Assembly (NCBI GenBank): GCA_951406725.2
Contig: OX597834.1
Coordinates: 5,146,001-5,210,000, forward strand
DNA length: 64,000 nt
Direction of reading: 5' to 3'
Origin: Octopus vulgaris
Lineage: Eukaryota
Of this stretch, positions 52,972 through 64,000 are shown one piece after another; positions within the stretch are counted from its first letter, which is position 1, and every line of letters begins with the position of its first letter. The notes beneath the pieces were generated by a model, which made no database searches, was not told the DNA's origin, and worked only from the letters and a program-made list of their open reading frames with translations. Both the position numbers and the translations under genes were made by a program.

Positions 52972-54898
52972 GCTACTACTACTACTACTGATGCTGCTGA
53001 TGCTGCTACCACTTGTGCCAACGTACACACGGGATGATTTGTGCTGACTTCAACGAGTCAGTCTACAGCATCCCAAATAGATTACATATATATGTATGTA
53101 TGTGTGTATGTATGTATGTGTGTGTGTGTGTATCATTGTCCTGTTTTATTTGAAGATTTCTTGCCAACAGAGAAAGAGCTGGTTTCTATCCTAGATCCAA
53201 AGCTCCTTCATTGGAATTTCAACATCGGCAACAAATTATTTTTGTTTGTATGTATATGTGCAGATTTGTATGCTTTGTTTTATGTATGTTTTCTCATGCA
53301 TATAGTTGCATATCTAGACATGCTCATATATATTTAAACGATAAACTTCTGTCTCTCATTTAAAGTTCCGGTGATGGATTGGTCTTTTTTCTCTTTTTAA
53401 TTTTAGAGTAAATTTTGATCGGCCACTTACTTGGTCGCAGGGTTGTGAAGGAAAGTATCTTTTTTCAATCGTCATTCTTTAAATCCTAAGGGCTTGCATA
53501 TTTTTACCGTGTCAGATATGGCGATCATTTGTAGCATATGAATTAAGGACTTGCATTCTGTCTGTCTGTCGCTCTGTATGTATGTTTGTATGTATATATG
53601 CATGTTCTTGTTTTTGTATGTATGCACGCATGTGTCCATGTATGCATTATGTATGTACATTTACATATACGATGCTACCACACGCTTTAAATCTACGAAA
53701 TTTCACGCACAGCGCTTTGGTGTTCTAAAACTATATTAGACCGTACTTCTCCAAAAAGCCGTTGAGTGGGATCAAACCCAAAATCACTTGATGCCGAACA
53801 AGTTTGAACCCACACAATCATACCTGTGCCATTGAAAATTTCATGTATCTTTTATCTCATTTCCTTCTACCATATGTATAGCTTGCAAACCCACCTCTGT
53901 CATAATGGAATCAACTTATCAATTATTACTGTGTTAGATTACTTTTCCTAAGTAATCTTATAAAATTTATTTCCCCAATCCCAGTTTGGGGAAATAAACC
54001 CCATAAGAAATTGGATTACCTTTATTATTAAACCTACATTCTCTCAGTTTAGATGTCTCTTCTTCGATATCATGCCATTCTTATCGATGAATAATCGGTA
54101 TGGCAAATTGCTTTACCTATTTGACATAAAATATTCTAAAAAAGCTGAAATGAAGGTAAATACAGAACTTCTCTACAAGATCATATATTTATTTTGTTTT
54201 AAAATATTTTAAATAATCCAACATTATAACTTTGAAAAATTAAAACAATGGCCAGCCATAGGAAACAGAATAGAGTACGTTTGTAACTTCATAGTTGAAA
54301 GAGTGAAAAATTGTTTTATTTTCTCTAACCTGTTTCCGTATTTAATATGTTCACTTCCCTTTATAAAGGCATTTCGTGCTGTAGGGATTCAAAACGTGAA
54401 ATTAATAAATCGCTCTCCATTATTAAAAGGAAGGAGGTAATATCAAAGAAAAATTCTATTATAACATAATTTAATCAGCAAGATTTACTCCATTCTCAAG
54501 AGATCGCCATTTTTTCTAATATGGCGATCATAACATGGAGGAAATCTATTTGTATAAAATATTTTATAAATATATTAAAGGAAAAGACGCATTAATTAAA
54601 TACTTTACGGAACCAATATCACAACATTAATTCTAATAACCACGTGTTCGGATCTGAATAGACGTTTCGCACTAACAATCAAGAACTACCCACTGAAACC
54701 CACTCACTCGACCTGCTACGGAACCTCTTATTTCAAGTGTTGGAGACATTTTATAATATGAAAGGAATTGAAACATGGATCGTTTGACGGGTAATTGGAT
54801 ATTGTTTAGGCTGCATGATGTTTCCATATGAAACCAAGTCAGCAGAAAATTATGTCTCGTAATTTCACAACACTGCGTAAGCAGTTGAACATAATCTT

Positions 54899-55319
54899 AC
54901 TCTCTTTACTCTTTACTCTTTTATTTGTTTCAGTCATTTGACTGCGGCCATGCTGGAGCACCGCCTTTAGTCGAGCAACTCGACCCCGGGACTTATTCTT
55001 TGTAAGCCCAGTACTTATTCTATCGGTCTCTTTTGCCGAACCGCTAAGTGACGGGGACGTAAACACACCAGCATCGGTTGTCAAGCAATGCTAGGGGGAC
55101 AAACACATACACACAAACACACACACACACATACATATATATATATACATATATACGACAGGCTTCTTTCAGTTTCCGTCTACCAAATCCACTCACAAGG
55201 CATTGGTCGGCCCGGGGCTATAGCAGAAGACACTTGCCCAAGATGCCACGCAGCGGGACTGAACCCGGAACCATGTGGTTGGTTAGCAAGCTACTTACCA
55301 CACAGCCACTCCTGCGCCT
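54899..55319 (-). mobile_element. SINE family A, full length
   Basis: Aligns to family A. Confidence 0.93.
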
Positions 55320-55776
55320 ATCTGTGTTGCATTAATATGCACAGATGTTCAGAGATTACAATCAATGGAAATACTAAGGTCGAAATAGCATAAGAAAACA
55401 TGCAAAATAAAAAAAGATGTCTGTTCGAACTTTGATACTTGGTATGGTTTTGACCTATTAAACACATATTCGGGTGCCGTTTCATGTCCTTTTCGTTATC
55501 CTCAACTTAATATGCAGCCGTTAAAACAGCTATAGAGAGAGAGAGTATAATTCGAAGCTCGACCCAAGAGACTTTAAAGCTGATGAGAGTGGTGATCGTC
55601 ATACCGGTTCAAAAGTCTGGACCCTATGAAATTGGCGCCTTTGGTGACTTTGCTCATGGAAGATCCAGACAGGCTAAAGAAGTATCACGTGAACAATAGC
55701 CATTGATTGGACAACGTTAATTATATCTAACTATCTATCTGTCTGTACTGATTATATATGGTTGTTTGTACATATA

Positions 55777-56191
55777 TATTTCTTTACTACCCAGAAGGGG
55801 CTAAACACAGAGGAGACAAACAAGGACAGACAAACGGATTAAGTCGATTACATCGACCCCAGTGTGTAACTGGTACTTAATTTATCGACGCCGGAAGGAT
55901 GAAAGGCAAAGTCGACCTCGGTAGAATTTGAACTCAGAACATAGCAGCAGATGAAATACCTATTTCTTTACTACCCACAAGGGGCTAAACACAGAGGAGA
56001 CAAACAAGGACAGACAAACGGATTAAGTCGATTACATCGACTCCAGTGTGTAACTGGTACTTAATTTATCGACCCCGGAAGGATGAAAGGCAAAGTCGAC
56101 CTCGGCGGAATTTGAACTCGGAACGTAACGGCAGACGAAATACGGCAACGCATTTCGCCCGGCGTGCTAACGTTCCTGCCAGCTCGCCGCC
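55777..56191 (-). mobile_element. SINE family B dimer with a single ~15-bp TSD
   Basis: ttgtttgtacatata at 55762-55776 and 56192-56206. Confidence 0.93.
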
Positions 56192-56436
56192 TTGTTTGTA
56201 CATATATGTGTGTATGTGTGTGTTTGTGTGTGTGTGTGCGTGCGTGCATGTGCGTGCGTGTGTATTATATATGTATATGTATGCAATGATTTGATAAGCG
56301 GTGCCGAGTTTTACAATTCTGTAAATAATAATATCTTTTATAAATTTAAAGCTTATAAGCCATCACTGTATATTGACTAAGGAAAATAGTCTAATATTGG
56401 GGCATATAAGCCCTCAACATAAATAAGTGGGTTTTC

Positions 56437-56508
56437 TCTACGCGTAAGACTCGAACTCACACCTCTATGTTTTCACGACAAGTGTGCTACCATTTACACC
56501 AACGCACT
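56437..56508 (-). pseudogene. tRNA-like sequence (tRNA pseudogene or head of a further SINE)
   Basis: Sense D arm GTGT-AAATGGTA-GCAC and T arm GTGAG-TTCGAGT-CTTAC. Acceptor stem pairs only 5/7 and the anticodon arm is weak. Confidence 0.55.
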
Positions 56509-56569
56509 CACTCGCCTCTTCTTCTTAGATTGAAGAATTATAAGCTCGTCGAGGGCGAATAGGTGAGAA

Positions 56570-57740
56570 GCCGATAAATGGATTTAGTTACAAATCTTAA
56601 AGCTTCATAAGAAAGATAATCTACAACTTTGCCAGAGTTATTGTACTCTCAACGGAAACAGCCATGTAAGTCAAGTGATGCTCAGTGTCTTGCTAAAAGA
56701 CTGGGACATCAGCTAGAAAAAGCCATAACCGAGAAACATCCTGGCTTTCGTAATAGTAGGAGGCCTGGCGAGCAGACTATCAATCCCCGCATCTTTTGTG
56801 AGAAATATCTCCAGCACCAAAAAGAACTCCACGATGTCTTCATTGGTTTAGGTAAGCTTAATGCTATATGGACCACAATGAAACACTTAGGGAAGTAATC
56901 ATGCGTGACACTGCCGAGGAATAGTCGAAAGCCAGTCGTGGCTTTCAGTATCTTCCTGGAGTAGATTATGAACATTATTCTTGAATCCTGTCTCCAAGAG
57001 GACACAGTAAACATCGGATTGAGGAACTGGTAATAAGGAAAGATAAACTGATTAAATTCGTCAGGTGACTTTATAAATTGTTCACGATGGTTTGTATAGG
57101 AATCAGAGCCAAAGCAGCTCAACTACAATAGTTAATTACAACGTTAATTGTGTCATTACAACAGTCATCTCTGTATAAATACAAAAACTAGAAATAGTGC
57201 AGCAATTGAAATAATTGGCTGGGGATTATTTTTGGTAATATGGGGACCAGGAATCCTTTCAAGAACCACACGGATAATAACTGCACTCAACAAAGTCAAG
57301 CCGATATGGGGAACTTGAAAAAGAATCAGTTACGGCAAACTCTACTGCAAATGTTGGAACTTTCCATTTTCCTGAAAACATGCGACACCCGGACTCTCAC
57401 AGAAGGTCTCTAAAGACGATGCAGGAATGTCAAATGAGATGCTATCGCAACATCATTAACATATCTTACTTTGGCATCACAAATGGATAAATTTGGGAAA
57501 TTATCCGGTTTCACTTTGGCTCCTGAAAAGTCTTTTTCACAACCATGAGGAAAATCTGAGATGATATTCCCGGGTGTAATATTCACTGGTATTGTATAGA
57601 CTACTATTTAAAGAACTGTAGAGGGAGGAGGATAGGTGAATGGGAGAAAAAAGATGGGTGAGCAACATAAAGGAATCAACAAATAGTCATCGATGGTGGG
57701 GGCCAGCTATGACACACAACCACAACGGATTAAAAAGACT
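56570..57740 (+). mobile_element. Degraded RTE-clade LINE (RT to 3' end)
   Basis: LEKAITEKHPGFRNSR..EQTINPRIFCEKYLQHQKELHDVFI; ALNKVKPIW; FLKTCDTRTLT; terminal TVEGGG...KKRWVSNIKE. These match RTE motifs EEQAGFR..RST.EQI.NLR..CEKY, FLY.CESWTL and GTVEG.RRRGR.KKRW.DNIKE. Confidence 0.82.
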
Positions 57741-58012
57741 GGTGTTTCAGAATGTCAGGACGGCGCCGCTTCGACTCCGTATGAAGTCGATGTTTTAAGC
57801 AATCTGTGTGTGCGTTGGGGGGGGGGGGAGTTTCTATCTATGCATGTAAGTATGGTGTTCAACAATGGGTTTTAGCTACAGCTATTTACAACTGACAACT
57901 TTAACGCTTAATACCTTTTAGAAATATTTAACGCCTTGGGCTAGATAACCTCGTTTCTTAAAGTTTATCCATATATATATACATGAACACAAATACACTC
58001 ACACACACGCGT

Positions 58013-58112
<100 letters not shown>

Positions 58113-60164
58113 TGTACTTATATCTTATGTATGTGATAGGACCGTGCGTGTTACGTATGTACCAGAGTGAACTGTAAAACTTCAATTCACCGAGATTACT
58201 CGAGCGATAAGTAGAAAATTGCTCCCTTTAGGTGTGTTTGGAATTTTAAATCCTATCATCTAGAATATAAAATGATTTTAGTTTTTAGATTTTAATAACA
58301 CATACAGAGAGTTTTTGAGTACTAATTGCATGGATAATCACCGTTAATTGACGTTTTACTACTTAATATACTATGTGAGACTCTACTGCAAGCAGAACGT
58401 TCCCGTGAAGTACTTCTCCTTTAGATATATTGTGTACGTGTGCGTTCATATACACGTACACACAAACACACACACACACACACACACACATGTTTGCTTG
58501 TGTGTGCTTCATGTAAGTGCATGTGCATCTGTATAAGTGGTTGCTCACTTTTCTGAAGCAAATATATGTTATATTATTTCACATTTTTCGCAAACAAAAG
58601 GGGAACATTTTTATGCAGTTCATTGGCTTCCAAAGAGGTTTATTTTAACGATATATTTTTTTAGTTTTTTTTTTTTTTTGTTAGTAATATTTTCTAACAA
58701 CTATTTCTTGAATAATTAGCCAACAGTACATAGCTCATTGATATTCTACTGGAAGAATTAATTGCATTAAATAAGCATAATTTTTAAGTAATTCTGCTGT
58801 AACGAAAGCTGAAAACATGAAAGAATTCTTTTTTTAGTTGTGAAAGTGAAAGTGAGTCTGTCCATGATCGACTGACTTTTCTCTCTCTTCCTGCCAATTC
58901 ACCAGGTTCTTTTAGTTTTCTGCTTCACCTGATAGCTTTTGAATTCTCACATTCTTCTCATTTTGGTTCTAGATTTTTTATTTATTTATTTAATTAGTTG
59001 TTGTTTTTTTTTTTGTAGTTGCTTCTCAATTCACAATCTTATACATTATGAAAGGTTTTGTGGCATAAATTTTCTAACTTTCCAACTAAAGTTCTTTTCA
59101 GAAAGTTTAGAATGTTTTAAAGGCTGAAACTAGTAAAATGAAGTCACATGTACAGTCGTTTAAGCAGATATGAAAAGAAAATATTTAGAACCAAAGTTAT
59201 ATTGTATTTATTTTATTATATTATTTTATTAATTTTAAAATTTTTGCAATTAACAGGACATTGTTAAGTGGCATACATTTCTCCACCCTAATTATTACTT
59301 GTCTCAAAAAATTGACTATGGTGAAAAAACAATTTAAGAATTACATATTAAGCATAAATATCAGACTAAATTTCGGCTAATAAAGATAATTAGGAAAGTA
59401 CATAAGGAATATTGTATATGTTTATTGTTGGTAAGTAGTTAGCGACTACAATAATAGGATGCTATCAAATCATTATCCCGCCCAAGAGAATTAGAAACTT
59501 AATTGGTCTGAGGTGGAGAAGTAGATGATAGAACAGTTATAGGTAAGAAGTGTGGAAATAGTATTACGAGGGAGGAATATTTGGCAGAATAATACGATCA
59601 TTAAAGGAAATTTAACAATTTGGCAAATTACAGAAAGAAACTCAACCCATGAAAGTAGTTGGAGGTTTTTGTGCGTGTTGTATGTGTGTGTGTGAGTGTG
59701 TATTTATTAAAACTAACTCATAAACTATCAGTTTCCATATCTATTCATGAAAATTATGCACAAACACAAAAATAGGAACTGAATATTTAAGATGTTGGAA
59801 TCGTGACAAGAGGGGGTCATGCATATAAACTTTGTTCTTGGCATCATTGCGGTATGTCTTAGTAAAAACACATTACTTGGCCATTGTTTATATCTGAATT
59901 ATACACACTACTGTAAATTCAGTAGTAAGTAGTTTTTATTATAAAGCAGATTTAGCTGTGAAAAAATACGCTACAACAAATCGTGCATATGCTATTAGTA
60001 ATTATGAGCGTAATTGTGACGCTGAAACGAGAAAGAAAAGTGAAGTGGCAGAAGAAATTATCTTGGGGTTGGTGTGGATAGAATAGTTGCATTAAAGCAG
60101 CAGAAACGATTTATTGTGTTTAATATGAGAATATGAAAGGTCATGTGACTTGCAGTATAATTAG

Positions 60165-60547
60165 TGGAAGCACTCCGTCGGTTACGACGATGAGGGTTCC
60201 GGTTGATCCGATCAACGGAACAGCCTGCTCGTGGAATTAACGTGTAAGTGGCTGAGCACTCCACAGACACGTGTACCCTTAACGTAGTTCTCGGGGAGAT
60301 TCAGCGTGACACGGAGTGTGACAAGGCCGGCCCTTTGAAATACAGGTACAACAGAAACAGGAAGTAAGAGTGAGAGAAAGTTGTGATGAAAGAGTACAGC
60401 AGGGATCACTACCATCCCCTGCCGGAGCCTCGTGGTGCTTTTAGGTGTTTTCGCTCAATAAACACTCACAACGCCCGGTCTGGGAATCGCAACCGCGATC
60501 CTATGACCGCGAGTCCGCTACCCTAACCACTGGACCATTGCGCCTCC
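60165..60547 (-). mobile_element. SINE family C, full length, with TSD
   Basis: Reverse complement of 6195-6578. agtataattag at 60154-60164 and 60548-60558. Confidence 0.92.
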
Positions 60548-61072
60548 AGTATAATTAGTAACGTATTCACCAAACAATTATTAGATACGCAGCTTATAAT
60601 CTTTTTTTTGGGGGGGGGGTAAAACTGGAGTAGTTGTAGAAGCATTGAACGGAATGGCTTTCCTTATTCTACTTCCTCGCTTTCTGAGCTCAATTCGCAC
60701 TGAGGTTAATTTATCTTTCTTCCGTTGGTCCCGGTAACCTTAGAAAGTCAGACAAGATGCCGTGCGCTGTTGTTTTTCACTGCTTTGCGTTTTATCGTCA
60801 ATTTCTGTCGTGGCCAATTTGCGTGGTAGGTTTTAACCGTCACCCATTTTAACGCAACCGCTTCGAATCAAGTCTTTAGGTTGGCGATAGTTTTTTCCCC
60901 TTCTTTTCGTCTCAAAACCGGAAGCTCTGAAACGCGTCATGAGCGCTCTGTTACCTCTGGGCTAGATAATTAAAAATATAATTTTACATTAAAATCTTCA
61001 CGATTTAACTCTCATCTCTTAAGAGTTCTACATTCTCACAATAATCTTCTCTAGGGTAATATTTAAATCAAA

Positions 61073-61490
61073 GGCGGCGAGCTGGCAGAAACGTTAGCAC
61101 GCCGGGCGAATTGCTTAGTGGTATTTCGTCTGTCTTTACGTTGTGAGTTCAAATTCCGCCGAGGTCGACTTTGCCTTTCATCCTTTCGGGGTCGATTAAA
61201 TAAGTACCGATTACGCACTGGGGGTCTATATAATCGACTTAATCCGTTTGTCTATCGTTGTTTGTCCCTTCTGTGTTTAGCCCCTTCTGGGTAGTAAAGA
61301 AATAGGTATTTCGTCTGTCGTTACGTTCTGAGTTCAAATTCCGCCGAGGTCGACTTTGCCTTTCATCCTTTCAGGGTTGATAAAATAAGGTACCAGTTTC
61401 GCACTGGGGTCGATATAATCGACTTAATCCGTTTGTCTATCCTTGTTTGTCCTTTCTGCGTTTAGCCCCTTGTGGATAGTAAAGAAATGG
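61073..61490 (+). mobile_element. SINE family B dimer with a single 14-bp TSD
   Basis: gggtaatatttaaa at 61054-61067 and 61489-61502. Confidence 0.93.
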
Positions 61491-61615
61491 GTAATATTTA
61501 AAGCGATTTAAAATAAAAGAAATCTGAGGTAGAGACAAAAATAAATTCCCAGACATTACATAAAGAACATATGTAGACGCAGGCTTGACCTTGTGATAAG
61601 AATCTTGCTTACCAT

Positions 61616-61980
61616 TTACTTGCTTCAGTTATTAGTCTGCAGCCATGATGGGGCACCACCCTGAAGGACTGTTTTTAGTCGAATGAATCGACCCCAGTAA
61701 ATATTTTGAAGCCTGATACTTATTCTATCGGACTCTTTTGCCGAACTGTTAAGTTATGGGGACATGGACACACAATGGAGTGGAGGGAGCAAAGACACAC
61801 ATACACACATATACAACGACCTTCTTTCAGTTTCCAACTACCAAATTCACTCACGTGCTTTTGGTCGGCCTGAGGTTATAGCAGAAGGTACCTGCCCAAG
61901 GTGCCATGTAGTAAGACTGTACCTGGGACCGTGTGGTTGGAAAGCAAAGTTTTTTTTACCACACAGCCATGCCAGCGCCT
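61616..61980 (-). mobile_element. SINE family A, old diverged copy
   Basis: Aligns to family A with many substitutions. Confidence 0.85.
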
Positions 61981-62239
61981 GCATATTGTGTATTGTTTTT
62001 ATAAGTTGAATAATAAATGCAATATCCCTGGATAATAACCTTAGGTTTGAATATATTTGATTTGGGGTTTGGTTGGACAGAAATGATTTCAGGAACAAAC
62101 AACAACAGCAACGATATTTTGGTGCCCCTATACTATACAAGCAACTGTAGTGCTCTTAGTTTTTGGTACTAGAATATCAATTCCATCTCGCCTCACATGA
62201 CCCCACTATCCAGCTAGAAAAATCAGTGTTACTGTTATT

Positions 62240-62654
62240 TATTTCTTTATTGCCCACAAGGGGCTAAACATAGAGGGGACAAGCAAGGACAGACAAAGAG
62301 ATTAAGTCGATTATATCGACCCCAGTACGTAACTGGTACTTAATTTATCGACCCCGAAAGGATGAAAGGCAAAGTCAACCTTGGCGCAATTTGAATTCAG
62401 AACGTAACGGCAGACGAAATGCCTATTTCTTTACTACCCACAATGGGCTAAACACAGAGAGGACAAACAAGGACAGACAAACGGATTAAGTCGATTATAT
62501 CGACCCCAGTGCGTAACTGGTACTTATTTAATTGACCCTGAAAGGATGAAAGGCAAAGTCGACCTCGGCGGAATTTGAACTCAGAACGTAGCGGCAGACG
62601 AAATACTGCTAAGCATTTAACCCGGTGTGCTAACGATTCTGCCAGCTCACCGCC
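62240..62654 (-). mobile_element. SINE family B dimer with a ~19-bp TSD (2 mismatches)
   Basis: aatcagtgttactgttatt (62221-62239) and aatcagtctttctgttatt (62658-62676). Confidence 0.92.
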
Positions 62655-63013
62655 TTTAATCAGTCTTTCTGTTATTGGAGACAGATATATATATATTTTG
62701 ATCATGCAATGTGCGTTTAAACAATGGATATTAATAATTGCATGGCAAGATGTTTTTATCATCCACTAACATAAATATTGCGTTATAGGAAGAAAAGAAA
62801 AGTCTAACAGGCCACATATATTGTGTAACTTAGTGGAAGGCATGTTTTATGGAAGTAGTGAAATTGTCATAGAAATATCTATAAGACATTTGGGATTCTC
62901 TCCATACTCAAAATTTTAGCTACAGCTATCTCCCTACAGGAGTCTGAGTCGGATATCAACCGCACCAATCTCAGAATCTTCGGAAGATCTGGAAATGTTA
63001 TTTTTGTCAAGCA

Positions 63014-63236
63014 TACTCTCTTTTACTCTTTTACTTGTTTCAGTCATTTGACTGCGGCCATGCTGGAGCACCGCCTTTAATCCAGCAACTCGACCCCGAA
63101 ACTTATTCTTTTCTAAGCCCAGTACTTATTCTATCAGTCTCTTTTGCCGAACTGTTAAGTAACGGCGACATAGACACACCAGCATCGGTTGTCAAGCAAT
63201 GCTAGGGGTACAAACACAGACACACAAACACACACA

Positions 63237-63274
<38 letters not shown>

Positions 63275-63438
63275 CATACGACGGGCTTCTTTCAGTTTCC
63301 GTCTACCAAATCCACTCACAAGGCTTTGGTCGGCTCGAGGCTATAGCAGAAGACACTTGCCCAAGGTGCCACGCAGTGGGACTGAACCCGGAACCTTGTG
63401 GTTGGTAAGAAAGCTACTTACCACACAGCCACTCCTGC
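63014..63438 (-). mobile_element. SINE family A, full length
   Basis: Aligns to family A. Confidence 0.93.
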
Positions 63439-64000
63439 ATGATCTTTTTTTTTTATATGTATTCCAGTTTTTCAACCAAATTCGAGATCTAGCCACAGAA
63501 TTTTACTGTGTTCAGTATTGAATATGCGACTTGAAATATAATTCTCAGGCCAGAAGCAGTATGATGTACCAATGCTAACTTTGAATTACAGTTACGCATA
63601 ATTTCCAAGTATCTAATTTTCCTGACACGAATATGGATCGCCCCGAGGTTTATGACAAAAGGTAACTTGCTCAAGATACCAAGTAGTTGAAGTGAACTCG
63701 ACACCTCGTGATTGCAAAGTTTGTTTCAAAAGCCATCGACTTTGCCTGTTCCATCTTTTGATTACATATAAACGCATACAATTTTATAAATACCTGCCTC
63801 TTTAAACGGAAACAAAAACTAATTATGAAGATAATCTGAGTCAAGAAGATAATTTATTTGAGAAACATCTGACACCTATAATATTTTTTCTGGAAGATCA
63901 ACAATTGAGTTGGTTCTTCTGTTTACAAGAATATATCAGTCAAATTTCCCTTACAGCTACAATCAGATATTGAGGAATCAGGTGTAGGTCTTCGAGTAAG

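Noticed and set aside
55570-55617. gacttt..CTGATGA..CCGG.TT..aaagtc hammerhead candidate
   Set aside because: The GAAA element is missing and stem II is weak. At most a decayed remnant.

Overview
AT-rich, microsatellite-dense, repeat-dominated eukaryotic DNA. The repeat families look like those of an octopus or other cephalopod genome; this is an inference from recognised SINE motifs, and no search was run. I found no intact host protein-coding gene, and almost all listed ORFs are artefacts of microsatellites or SINEs. The window contains three abundant tRNA-derived SINE families (here A, B and C), degraded RTE and R4/Dong-like LINEs, several MITEs (mariner, hAT, GG-terminal) and many Penelope-like element (PLE) fragments embedded in (TA)n tracts. 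The PLE fragments include a Neptune-type GIY-YIG ORF, a DKG-motif N-terminus and a Nematis-type C-terminus. Three observations stand out. (1) About nine minimal type I hammerhead ribozyme motifs with palindromic stem III lie just upstream of (TA)n tracts, and two carry a compensatory U3:A8 core. (2) SINE B occurs as monomers, dimers and a tetramer with a precise palindromic junction, and each dimer is bounded by a single TSD pair. (3) Covarying 3' hairpins and a shared module link different SINE tails.
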